DNA of 64,000 nucleotides from the UHGV virus genome UHGV-1366976; one strand, written 5' to 3'. This DNA is from a virus. The translations under genes and the position numbers were made by a program. Within the stretch, counting starts at the first letter, position 1. Each line of letters starts with the position of its first letter. This document shows positions 50,314 to 59,947 of this stretch, piece after piece. The notes beneath the pieces are model-generated. The model worked only from the letters and a program-made list of their open reading frames with translations, made no database searches and was not told where the DNA came from.

Positions 50314-50827
50314 AGTTTTTCATTTTTGTAATTATTTCTGCTAAAGATATAGGAGTATAATTAATTCTCTCTGCACTTACACAAAAAGTGTTATTAGTAT
50401 AATCTTTATATCTATCATCACTATGTACATGTCCATAAATATTAACATATGGAGAATTAGATTCTAAATACATAGGATGATGAGATATAATAAAGAATTT
50501 ATCTATAACTATAGGATATTTAGAAACTTCTTTAAATTGAGTTTTCCAAAAAGAATAAGAATGATCTAGATCATGATTTCCTAAAATTAATACTATATCT
50601 CCATTTAATTGATTTATAATAGCTTCTGTTAACATCTTATTAGCAAAAGAAACATCACCTGCTAAAAATGCTTTATCTTGTTTTTTAACAACTTTATTCC
50701 AATTACTAATAATAATATCATTCATTTCATAAACATCTTTAAATGGTCTATTTTCATAACCTATTATGTTTTTATGATAGAAATGAGGATCTGCAAATAA
50801 AAATGTTCTTTCATAATCCATCTTCAT
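50303..50827 (-). CDS. calcineurin-like metallophosphoesterase (174 aa)
   Basis: The motifs FADPHFYH (D-x-H), GDVSF (GD) and GNHDL (GNH[DE]) are in canonical order. Confidence 0.7.
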   Translation of the reverse strand: MKMDYERTFLFADPHFYHKNIIGYENRPFKDVYEMNDIIISNWNKVVKKQDKAFLAGDVSFANKMLTEAIINQLNGDIVLILGNHDLDHSYSFWKTQFKEVSKYPIVIDKFFIISHHPMYLESNSPYVNIYGHVHSDDRYKDYTNNTFCVSAERINYTPISLAEIITKMKNYEP

Positions 50828-51245
50828 GTTCTTTTTGAATTTTCTTAATATGTCTTTCTACAAGAGTTTTTATTATTTTTTTGAAAGGTTTTTCCACTAA
50901 ATCAAAATTTATCTTTTGTTCATCTACTGCTTTTATAAAAGCTTTTATTGCTAAGTTTGCTTCAGTATGAAATTCTTCAAAATAAAGTTTTTCTATATAA
51001 GATCTAAGTGCATTTTTTATTGCTTCTTTAAAAGAAAAATTTTTAATGCAGTTTATATTAATAAACATAGTTTCAGCTTTCTTGAATAAGATTTTATTTT
51101 TTAAATCTTGTTCCATAACTTCAAGAAAATAATCTGAATGTTCTTCTATATATTCTTCTATTAAAGTTTCTCTTTTAGAATATATATAACACCAATAAAT
51201 ATCATAAAGTTTTTCTTTTAATTGATTATAAAGATCTCTATTCAT
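50811..51245 (-). CDS. hypothetical protein (144 aa)
   Basis: ORF in the operon. Confidence 0.45.
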   Translation of the reverse strand: MNRDLYNQLKEKLYDIYWCYIYSKRETLIEEYIEEHSDYFLEVMEQDLKNKILFKKAETMFININCIKNFSFKEAIKNALRSYIEKLYFEEFHTEANLAIKAFIKAVDEQKINFDLVEKPFKKIIKTLVERHIKKIQKEHEDGL

Positions 51246-51772
51246 TATTTTCCAGTATGACCAAAACCACCATCACCTCTTTCAGTATCAGATAATTCTC
51301 CTTCAATAAATTCACATTGTTCAGCTTTTTGAAATTTTACTTGTGCTATTCTATCTAAGTTATTAATAGTAATAAAGTCTCTTTTACTATTATTATAAAC
51401 ACTGATGAAAATTTCTCCTCTATAATCACAATCAATAGTTCCTGTAACTACTAAAAGACTTTCTTTGAAAGCTAAACCAGATCTAGGCCTAATAACTATT
51501 TCATATCCTTCAGGAATTTCCATACAAATACTTGTAGGTATAAGCATTCTATCTCCTGGACATAATACTAGTTTTTCTAAACAAACTTTTTCTTCTTTTT
51601 CATCATAATAATCATAGACTCTTTTATAAGTGTACTCCTTATTAGGAATACACATTATTTCATCTAAAGACTTATATTTAAAAAAAGCTTGAATATCAGC
51701 ACAAGCTGCTCCTATAGTTTTATACACAGGTAAATTTACTTCTGAATGTAGTTTCTTTATTTTAACTTGCAT
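51245..51772 (-). CDS. dut: dUTP pyrophosphatase (dUTPase)
   Basis: All five dUTPase motifs are present: GAACADIQA, IRPRSGLAFK, GTIDCDYRGEI, RIAQVKF and RGDGGFGHTGK. Confidence 0.95.
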   Translation of the reverse strand: MQVKIKKLHSEVNLPVYKTIGAACADIQAFFKYKSLDEIMCIPNKEYTYKRVYDYYDEKEEKVCLEKLVLCPGDRMLIPTSICMEIPEGYEIVIRPRSGLAFKESLLVVTGTIDCDYRGEIFISVYNNSKRDFITINNLDRIAQVKFQKAEQCEFIEGELSDTERGDGGFGHTGK

Positions 51773-51773
51773 A

Positions 51774-52313
51774 TTAAATTTTTCTTAGGTAAGACATGAT
51801 ATGCATCACTTTTAATGCTTCATATATAGCATCACTTAATGCATTATGTTCATTATCATTTTCTTCTTGAAAACATGGACAGAAATCTATTAATTCTTCT
51901 ATAAATGTTCTAGAATCTCTTTTCTGATTATATTCCCAAGGAATATTTACATTACATAGTTTACAATTATGTTCTAATATTTTAAAGTCTAAATCACCTC
52001 TAGCCCAAATTCTAAAATCATCATTTTTTGCTATTTGGTTGATAAATTGAGAGAACATTATTAAAGCACTCTGCATAGGTTGACCTTGTTCTTTAAAAAC
52101 TTCTCTAGCTTTATCAGATTGTTGCATCCACCATTTAAGAGTATCTACATCTATAGCATATCCTACAACAGATTCTCCTAAATCTACTACTTGATAAAAT
52201 TCTCTTCCTAAAGCTTTATTATCTTCAGGTTTAAATTCAATAGCACCTATACTGACTAAAGGAGCAAATTCACTTTTTCCTAAAGTCTCTATATCTATCA
52301 TTATATGTTTCAT
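51774..52313 (-). CDS. DnaQ-like DEDDh 3'-5' exonuclease (179 aa)
   Basis: Exo I is IDIETLG. The exo III motif HNALSDAIYEA (H-x4-D) lies near the C-terminus. Confidence 0.7.
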   Translation of the reverse strand: MKHIMIDIETLGKSEFAPLVSIGAIEFKPEDNKALGREFYQVVDLGESVVGYAIDVDTLKWWMQQSDKAREVFKEQGQPMQSALIMFSQFINQIAKNDDFRIWARGDLDFKILEHNCKLCNVNIPWEYNQKRDSRTFIEELIDFCPCFQEENDNEHNALSDAIYEALKVMHIMSYLRKI

Positions 52314-52450
52314 TTCTTCTTATACATATTAATTATATTAAGAACATCTTCAGTATATAAAGCATCTCCATCTTTATTATAATCCCAAGCTACTCCTAAT
52401 ATATCATTAATTATATCAGATAAGATAGCATTAAATTCAATATTATTCAT
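52310..52450 (-). CDS. small ORF (46 aa, MNNIEFNAILSDIINDILGVAWDYNKDGDALYTEDVLNIINMYKKK), translationally coupled to the exonuclease gene (ATGA overlap)
   Basis: It fills the apparent 147-nt gap between the polymerase and exonuclease genes. It is below the length cutoff of the ORF track. Confidence 0.3.
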   Translation of the reverse strand: MNNIEFNAILSDIINDILGVAWDYNKDGDALYTEDVLNIINMYKKK

Positions 52451-52460
52451 TCTAGATTTT

Positions 52461-54488
52461 TTAATGTTGCCATACTGTTGTTATCTCAGGTTCTGCAATT
52501 ACAGGAACTACATCTATAAATACTCTACCTGCTTTTTCCATACATTCTTTTAAAGCTTTTGCACATTTATCTGCTATATCTTTGGGAGTTTCTAAAAGAT
52601 ATTCATCATGGACAAAGTTACTTATTTTAACTTTATCAAATAAATTTTCTTTTAAAATCCAATCAAAAAACCAAACTCCAGCTAGTTTAGACATATCTGA
52701 AGCACTACCCTGGCAAGGAAAGTTTAATGCTCTTCTTTCTAAATCTCCTCTAAGATTAAAAAATCTTTTACAAGTAGGCTTATAATATGTCAAAAAATCT
52801 TCTGTTTGATGGAATTTATGTTGTTTGTAATTCTCCCACCATTGTTTATCAATAGTTCTAGAAAGTCTTTCATATTCATCAAATATTTGATAATATGATC
52901 TTCTTCCAGTAACTTTGTTAAAATAGACATATCCATTTTTGACAACAATAGGTTTGATATAGTCAAAATATTCTTTTAATTTAGGAAAAGCTTTCATATA
53001 GGCATCATAGACTTCATCTCCTTCTTCTTTAGATAATCCTAAATTCTTAGCAATAGTATCACCAACACCACCAAATAAAATTGCAAATTTAGCACCTTTA
53101 GCTTTACTTCTAAGATCAGGTCTTTCATGTTTTACTTCTTCTTCTGGAATATCTTTTAATTCCTTAGGAAAACATAATTTTGCAGTAAAACTATGACCAT
53201 CTCTTTTTCTAGTAGTATCATTATAAAAATCTATAAGTGCAGGTTCTTTAGATAATTGAGTGTACATTCTATCTTCTTGTTGACTGTAATCACAATCTAC
53301 TAAGATAGTGTTCTCAAATTGATTAGTAAAACATCCTCTAGTTATTTTATCTGAAGGAATATTTTGAAGATTGATACTATTATCATCATCTTTATTATCT
53401 CCAGAACCACAAGAAGTTCTACCAGTATTCATAATTTGCCAAAATGTAGCATGAATTCTTCCTGTTTTAGGATTAATAGCATCTAAGAAGTTTTGTCCAT
53501 ATGTAGTTACCAATTTCTGTGCTTTCTTATAATCAATATACATTTGTATAAGAGGAGACACATGAACTTGTTTAACTATATGCTTAGCTTCTATAGAATC
53601 TTTCATTTTTCCTGTTTTCTTATCTCTGACTTTAGTATCTACACCTAGTTCTTTAAAGATAGGAATAATTTGTTTAGAAGAACTCCAATTTAAACTACAT
53701 CTTTTAGCTGCACTAAAAAGATCTAATTGTTTATTAACATATTTATCACCAAATCTTTCAAATACCCATTTGTTCAGAGCAAATTCCATATCTGATAGCT
53801 TCTTGGAATCATCTTCCATTTTAGCTAGCCATTTTTCTTTATTAAGATAAATACCACAATATTCAATATATGCTAATACCTTAACAAATTTATTGTCTAA
53901 TTTAACAGCACCCCATAAACCATCTTCTTTAATTTTAACCATTTGAGAAGTCATTACAGGAATCAGATATTTAACATCATTGGCACCATATTCAATAACT
54001 TTATCAGTAAGACCTACTCTATTAATAGTTCCTCTAATAGATTTATTTAATAAGACACCACAATATTTAAGAACTAGAACATCTAAAGATTTTCTAACAT
54101 AATTTGGTAATTTAACATCATCAAATCCACAATATAATACACCTTCAGCTAAATATGTGTCAAATATATTTTCTAGAATGATATTATGCTTATAGAAAAA
54201 TTGAAGATCAAATTTTGCATTTTGTAGTACCCAAACTACATCTTTTCTTAATAATAATGGTTTTAATTTTTCTAATATATTAGGAGAATACTCAATCACA
54301 AATTGCTGATCAAAATCTCCAAATTGAATAGATAGTAATTCACAAGAATGTGGATCTAGTCCACTAGTTTCAGTATCTAAGGCAATAAATTTATGATTTT
54401 TAAAATAAGATATAATATCCTGAACTTCTATTTCCTTCCAAACACTACTTCCAACAACTCTTTTCTGCTCAGAACAAAAATGTATCAT
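52461..54488 (-). CDS. family A DNA polymerase with an N-terminal 3'-5' exonuclease domain (T7-like, 675 aa)
   Basis: The exo I motif is ALDTETSGLDP. Pol motif A is VDCDYSQQEDRM, motif B is RSKAKGAKFAILFGG and motif C is FVHDEYLLE. Confidence 0.9.
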   Translation of the reverse strand: MIHFCSEQKRVVGSSVWKEIEVQDIISYFKNHKFIALDTETSGLDPHSCELLSIQFGDFDQQFVIEYSPNILEKLKPLLLRKDVVWVLQNAKFDLQFFYKHNIILENIFDTYLAEGVLYCGFDDVKLPNYVRKSLDVLVLKYCGVLLNKSIRGTINRVGLTDKVIEYGANDVKYLIPVMTSQMVKIKEDGLWGAVKLDNKFVKVLAYIEYCGIYLNKEKWLAKMEDDSKKLSDMEFALNKWVFERFGDKYVNKQLDLFSAAKRCSLNWSSSKQIIPIFKELGVDTKVRDKKTGKMKDSIEAKHIVKQVHVSPLIQMYIDYKKAQKLVTTYGQNFLDAINPKTGRIHATFWQIMNTGRTSCGSGDNKDDDNSINLQNIPSDKITRGCFTNQFENTILVDCDYSQQEDRMYTQLSKEPALIDFYNDTTRKRDGHSFTAKLCFPKELKDIPEEEVKHERPDLRSKAKGAKFAILFGGVGDTIAKNLGLSKEEGDEVYDAYMKAFPKLKEYFDYIKPIVVKNGYVYFNKVTGRRSYYQIFDEYERLSRTIDKQWWENYKQHKFHQTEDFLTYYKPTCKRFFNLRGDLERRALNFPCQGSASDMSKLAGVWFFDWILKENLFDKVKISNFVHDEYLLETPKDIADKCAKALKECMEKAGRVFIDVVPVIAEPEITTVWQH

Positions 54489-54739
54489 TATTTTATAATA
54501 TAATAGTTACCAGACAATAATTCTCTCATAGTAGGATTCCAAGTAGTATTACCTGGAATCACTATAATTTCTCCTTCTTTTTGAAATAGAATTTTATCTT
54601 TTGGCCAATCATAATTACCTATAATTCTATCATCATTAAGCATACATCTAGCAGCATCTATTATATTCATCCTAGGTTTAGGACAAACCACTTCTATAAA
54701 TGACAGTATTTGTTCTCCCTCTTCATTAAATCTCTCCAT
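54488..54739 (-). CDS. hypothetical protein (83 aa); its stop overlaps the polymerase start
   Basis: ORF with an ATGA overlap. Confidence 0.4.
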   Translation of the reverse strand: MERFNEEGEQILSFIEVVCPKPRMNIIDAARCMLNDDRIIGNYDWPKDKILFQKEGEIIVIPGNTTWNPTMRELLSGNYYIIK

Positions 54740-54768
54740 GTTATACTGTTTTTATTTATTACCATTGA

Positions 54769-55333
54769 TTAACTGCATTTAGAAAATGAACAGGATTTGC
54801 ATAGGAGGCATCCATTATTGAAGACTAATTTATCTCCACACATAGGACAATTTTCTCCACTTTTAGCATTATTATCAACATACTTAGCAATTGTTCTTGC
54901 TAATACTTTATGAAAAGCTGTTAACTCACCTTTACTTTTCTTTAATTGATCAATTAAAAAGTTAAAACCAACATCACTTCTAATAGATATGGATAGAATT
55001 CTAGTAATCATTTCTAGTTGATCATCCATCACATCTACAAAGTTTTCTATAATAACTTTTCCTTCTTGATCTTGTAGTTGATAATATCCTTTTTTAATTT
55101 TAACAATTTTACCAATATCTGGTAATTTAATATCTTCTGGTGTAGGACATACAAATATTTCATATGGTTTACCTTCATAGAAGCCTAATGCACAAAGATA
55201 ATTCTTTCCTTGAACCTTCATATTATGAATATGAGAAAGTAGCTCAGAAGGTCTCTTTGGTGCCTTTCTTGAAGGATCTTTAATCTTATTATCTGTAGAT
55301 ACTAGAACACCACTTCTACTACCATCTCTATAG
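54769..55333 (-). CDS. nrdJ: ribonucleotide reductase (class II-type), 3' exon, encoding ...YRDGSRSGVLVSTDN... and a C-terminal Cys cluster (CPMCGDK...CLLCKSC)
   Basis: The minus-strand frame is open upstream of the annotated Met (55221) back to about 55337, and reads CYRDGSRSGVLVSTDNKIKDPSRK. This is the conserved segment that follows GLKG(V/I)TV in adenosylcobalamin-type RNRs. The class II assignment is inferred from this motif and the absence of a small-subunit gene. Confidence 0.7.
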
Positions 55334-55384
55334 CATTTCTACCTTTACTTTCATAAAGGATTGGACTATACCATAATCCTATTT

Positions 55385-56179
55385 CTAGGATTCCTCCATT
55401 ATAGTCTCTGAACATCTTGTAATCCATTTATATTTATAGCATTCTAAAGGACAGTCTCCTATAAATTTTAAAAATTCTATTAAAGCTTTATTACTTAAAT
55501 AATATGCTCCTCCATTATTATACTTATAATAGTTACAATTTCCAAATTTTTTAAACTGAGACAAAATAAATTCATTATAATGTTTACAAGAGATTTGTCC
55601 TCTATGAGTCTTAGACTTAGATTGTCTAGAGCTATTTCCATCTCCAATATACCACCATAATAACATTATCTTGTCTAAAATAATATTAGGAAGAATTTTT
55701 CTATTTTGTTTTTGCTGAATCATTATTTCTTTTGGATAGAATAAATTATATAGTTCTAGAAACTCTCTTCTTGTTTCAGTTTGAAAACTATAGCATTCAG
55801 AATTTTTTCTATAGAAAATCTTTGAACATTTTATATTATTTTTCTCAAAAATAGAAATTAAATATTCATGTACTTCTTTATGTTTATCTGTATAAGAAAA
55901 GTAGGGGTTTCTTAATTTTTTACTTATTCTAAGACTTCCATCTCCTAAAATTAAACCAATAAGTAAAGATCTAAATTCTGTACTAAATTTAATTTCTGGT
56001 TTCTCAACAAAGCTTTCTTTAACAGATCTTACTTTTATAGAATTTTTAATCAAATGATATCTTAAAGTTCCTAAATTTATATTATACTTTATAGAAAGTT
56101 TACTCATACTTTCTCCATCTAAATACTCTTTAATGATATCATTCCAAAATGAATTAGAATTTTGCTGCTGATTTTCCAT
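55385..56179 (-). CDS. LAGLIDADG homing endonuclease (intron-encoded, 264 aa)
   Basis: Two LAGLIDADG motifs are present, LLIGLILGDGSL and LWWYIGDGNS, plus an N-terminal HTH-like region. Confidence 0.85.
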   Translation of the reverse strand: MENQQQNSNSFWNDIIKEYLDGESMSKLSIKYNINLGTLRYHLIKNSIKVRSVKESFVEKPEIKFSTEFRSLLIGLILGDGSLRISKKLRNPYFSYTDKHKEVHEYLISIFEKNNIKCSKIFYRKNSECYSFQTETRREFLELYNLFYPKEIMIQQKQNRKILPNIILDKIMLLWWYIGDGNSSRQSKSKTHRGQISCKHYNEFILSQFKKFGNCNYYKYNNGGAYYLSNKALIEFLKFIGDCPLECYKYKWITRCSETIMEES

Positions 56180-56212
56180 TTCTAAAAATTAAAAGGTTTT
56201 ACAATAATTATA

Positions 56213-56244
56213 CAAAGATAGTATAAAAATTATAAAATTCCAAA
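56213..56244 (-). promoter_or_regulatory. Bacteroidetes-type promoter inside the intron that drives the LAGLIDADG gene: minus-strand TTTG (56244-56241), 20-nt spacer, TATCTTTG (56220-56213)
   Basis: The minus-strand sequence reads ATTTGGAATTTTATAATTTTTATACTATCTTTGTATAATT, ending 33 nt upstream of the endonuclease ATG. The octamer is the same as at the three + strand promoters. Confidence 0.55.
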
Positions 56245-56382
56245 TAATTTTTTCATCTTAACATTTTTCTAACATTCACACTTATCCTCTCAGATTATGT
56301 TGTAGTAGTTAAGCTTTAGGAGGTTCCAGCAATTTAGAAGGTTATTCAATATACATTACTGTATAAGGCTGCCTATTTGTTA

Positions 56383-58361
56383 ACAGTAACTCCTTTAAGT
56401 CCCATTTTATAAGCATTAAGATAAATTTGTTTTACAACATCTTTACTTACATCTGAGGCTAAATTAATAGTTGTGCTAATTGAACTAGTAGTATATTTTT
56501 GGATAATAGCTTGAATCTCTAATCTTGTTTGCCAAGGAATATCTGCTGCTTCATTATTATAATAAGGAGAAGATTTAAAGAGAGTATTAGTCATACTCTT
56601 AGATAGTTCATTAAACTTCTTTCCAGTTGTTATTTCACAGAATTTCTGGAATCCTTTATGAGCAACTGTAAATACTTTAAATTTCTCTTTAGTATTAGGA
56701 TCTATAAAATCATATTTTTCATCAAAAGCATTTACTTTAACTCTTCTATCATACAATGTTTTAAATACTGGTTCTATACCACTAGTAGTTTGAGTTAGTA
56801 ATGATCCTGATCCAACTGGAGCAACAGTACTTAATGAAACATTTCTTCTTCCTAGTTCTTTCATTCTGGAAACTAGTTTAGGATAATTATTTATTAAAAA
56901 TTCATACCATTGATTACTAGGTTTATCTTCAGGATATTCTAAATTATAATCATAGTCTAAGAAAGTTCCTCTAAGATAAGCTAAATCTATACTAGCTTCT
57001 AATTCAGCTTTAAACTTAGTTTCCATAATAGATTCTACTAGATAATGAGAATCTTTAAATGATAGATTCATTGCAGCAATAGTATCTCCTAAAGCTGTGA
57101 ATCCACATCCAATTCTTCTACCTTTTCTAGCTGCATCAAGAACTCTTTTCCAAAGTTCTATTTCACTTTTAGCATCTGAATGATTGATTATATTTTCAAT
57201 ATTTTTACATTCCAAATCAATAATATCATCCAGAAAGATTACATGTTCATATGCTATTTTTCTAAATAGTTCATAATCAAATGAGGCTTCACTAGTAAAA
57301 GGATTTTTTACAAATGATAAAAGATTAATATGAGATAATCTACATGAATCAGCATCACCTAATGGCTGTTCTCCACATGGATTAGTTGTAACAGCTTTTA
57401 ATCTAGGATATACAGAAGCAGGATCATAATTAATAATATTATCCCATAATAGTATTCCAGGCTCAGCTGTTTTCCAAGCACAATCAATAATTAAATCTAA
57501 CAATTCATTTGCTTTTACCTTTTTAAAATAAGATTTTCCTGCATAATATAACTTATTATATTCAAAATCTTTAGAATTCCAATTAATAAATTCTCCTAAT
57601 CTTGAATTAATAGGCCATTTTAGTAACCAATCTTCATTTTTTTGAGCAGCTGTTACTAAATTTCTACATAATTTCACAGAAATATTAGCTCCTGTAACTT
57701 TAGTTAAATCTTGTTTTATTGTAACAAATTCAGATATATCTGGATGAATATCTGACATACATAACATTAATGCTCCTCTTCTTCCATTTTGACCTATAGT
57801 TTTAACATCTGTAGAATATAATTCCATAAAACTAGGAGCTCCTGTACTTGTTTTAGAAGCATTATTTACCATAGCTCCATTAGGTCTTAAATGATCAAGA
57901 TGTGTTCCAACACCACCCCTTCTCATAAATAAATAAGCCATCTCTTTGCCTTTATCCATAATGCTTTCCATTTTGTCTTTTGGTCCTTCAATACCAAAAC
58001 AATTAGCTAGAGAAACATTATTAGCTTTACCTAGAGATGCCATAATAGATCCTCCTGGTACAATATATTTAAAATTTTTAAATAATTGAAACCATTTATC
58101 TCTGATTTGATAATCATTAGACTCACATAGATCTCTTACATAATTTCTACCTAGATCAGAAAGTTTATCTATATTTATTTTTTTATTTACTAATTCTTTT
58201 TGATACTTTCTTTCTATAAGAGCAATATTATAAGCTAACCTCTGATGCATATTATCAGGTGTTTTTTCATCTTCACCTGCATATTTAGATAAAAATACTT
58301 TAGCTGCTAATTCATCTCCTTCAAAATATTTCACACTACACTCTTCAGCTGTTTTCTTCAT
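56383..58361 (-). CDS. nrdJ: ribonucleotide reductase catalytic subunit, 5' exon (659 codons)
   Basis: The active-site motif is NPCGEQPL. The N-terminus ...KVFLSKYAGEDEKTP is typical of RNRs. The exon ends with the conserved YLNAYKMGLKGVTV. Confidence 0.85.
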
Positions 58362-58362
58362 A

Positions 58363-58893
58363 TCAATTAAAATTTAATTTTTTTCTAATATTTTCATCAA
58401 AAGATAGATCCATATCTCTAAGATAATTAAACTTCTCTTCAGTAAGATCTATTTTAATTTTGTCTAAATCAGAAGGTACTACATAAAAACTTGCTCTGAT
58501 TTTATTTTTTTCATTTTCATCTGTAGTCCAGATATATTTTAATTTAAGAAAATCTAAATCCTTTTTAGGTTTATATTCTTTTAAGATAATATTCTTAGCA
58601 TCATCAGAGAATTCTTCTATTCTATCTTTATGAAATAGATTAATTTCTCTAATAAATTCTCTAGGCATATCAAAAGAATAAATCACACTATTACCATTAT
58701 CAAGATGTTTCTTAAATAATTCATGGTTAGTTAAATAATCTTCATATTTTAAAAAAGCATTACTAGAATCAAACTTATAATGCAAAAGTAGATAAGAACC
58801 TACATATGTTACTTTAGTTAATAATTCTGGAAATTGTATTTTTACTTTTGTTGCTAATAATGGTAATAATAATTTTCTAGCTGCACTATTCAT
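58363..58893 (-). CDS. hypothetical protein (176 aa)
   Basis: ORF in the replication and recombination operon. Confidence 0.45.
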   Translation of the reverse strand: MNSAARKLLLPLLATKVKIQFPELLTKVTYVGSYLLLHYKFDSSNAFLKYEDYLTNHELFKKHLDNGNSVIYSFDMPREFIREINLFHKDRIEEFSDDAKNIILKEYKPKKDLDFLKLKYIWTTDENEKNKIRASFYVVPSDLDKIKIDLTEEKFNYLRDMDLSFDENIRKKLNFN

Positions 58894-59947
58894 CTTCCCC
58901 TCTTACTTGTTTATCATTTATTATATAACAACCTTCTTTATTTATGAAATCATAACTAACATCAAAAATTTGAGACTCATAATGCCATTCAATTTCCTTT
59001 ATTAGTTGTTTAAGTCCTTTTTGTTTATATTCAGATCTTCCTATATAAAAACCATTTTCAAATGCAGAAATTCTATCTTTTTCTACAGTTAATACAGTAG
59101 GAATTGTTGCTCCTGTTGAAGGCATATAAACAAAAACAAAATCTAAGATTTCATAATCTTGATATTGGTCATCATTTTTTATAATTTCTTCAAGCATTTT
59201 ATAATATAAAGTAGCTTGAATCCAATACCTGAATTTCCAGAATTGATCTACAAATTCATCTGATTTAACACTTCCAGTTTTTAAATCTATTATCTGGAAA
59301 GTTTTATTAACATGATCTACTACTAGTCTATCAAATGCACCTTTAACTTTAGATCCATTATAATCAGTAATAAGATCTACTTGATTAAATCCTTCTTGTC
59401 CTTCTAACAAGTTGAACCATTGCTGAGTTTTTGGAGAAGTTTTAATAGTTTCTACAATTTTCTCTGCAGTTGTCCACATAAATGGAGTTATTAAAATAGA
59501 ATCTTTATTCTGTAAAATAAAATCTAAATAATCTTTATATTTCCATACAGCTGCTGCCTTAGTTGCAGGCTTCCATGTTTTATAAAAATCTTTTTGTGCA
59601 AAGAATTCCAGTATAATCTCATCTGTTAACTGTTCTCCTGTTTTATTGATAAAATCTACACATTTATTAATAATTTCAGAAATACTACCAGAAGGCAATT
59701 CTCCATTATAATTATTAATTTTATATTTGTATAAATTTTGAGGAGATAATAACATATCATCTACTAATTTACCAAATATGATGTAAGATTTACCATCAAG
59801 ATCTTTCTTTGTTATTAAAGAAATAGGACCATCTTTATCATAAGATGCTATCTTAGAATAAGATAATGCCTTAGTTTCTCTAAATTCTTGTTCACTACAA
59901 CTTAATCTGAAATTTTCCATTGATCTACTTTTATCCAAACACCACAA
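58886..59947 (-). CDS. PD-(D/E)xK family nuclease (phage recombination exonuclease or Cas4-like, 353 aa)
   Basis: The core motifs are GAFDRLVVDH (D) and FQIIDLKTG (Q/E-x-D-x-K), followed by YWIQATLYY (a Q/Y motif). Confidence 0.55.
   Translation of the reverse strand: MWCLDKSRSMENFRLSCSEQEFRETKALSYSKIASYDKDGPISLITKKDLDGKSYIIFGKLVDDMLLSPQNLYKYKINNYNGELPSGSISEIINKCVDFINKTGEQLTDEIILEFFAQKDFYKTWKPATKAAAVWKYKDYLDFILQNKDSILITPFMWTTAEKIVETIKTSPKTQQWFNLLEGQEGFNQVDLITDYNGSKVKGAFDRLVVDHVNKTFQIIDLKTGSVKSDEFVDQFWKFRYWIQATLYYKMLEEIIKNDDQYQDYEILDFVFVYMPSTGATIPTVLTVEKDRISAFENGFYIGRSEYKQKGLKQLIKEIEWHYESQIFDVSYDFINKEGCYIINDKQVRGEDE

Larger units (their letters stand above)
55334..56382 (-). mobile_element. 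Group I intron of about 1049 nt in the RNR gene, carrying a LAGLIDADG homing endonuclease. On the minus strand, P ATTGCTGGAAC is at about 56335-56325, Q AATCAGCAGC overlaps the endonuclease start codon, R GTTCAGAGACTA is at about 55415-55404 and S GGTATAGTCC is at about 55361-55352.
   Basis: The upstream ORF ends ...GLKGVTV, followed by two extra codons and a stop. The downstream frame opens with YRDGSR. Joining gt|c across the intron gives VTVYRDG and a 2544-nt (847-aa) spliced CDS. Exon 1 ends in U and the intron ends in G. The distance from the 5' splice site to the P element is 48 nt, as in the other introns. Confidence 0.7.

Noticed and set aside
52582-52785. + strand 67-aa ORF inside the DNA polymerase gene
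   Set aside because: It is antisense to the well-supported PolA ORF.
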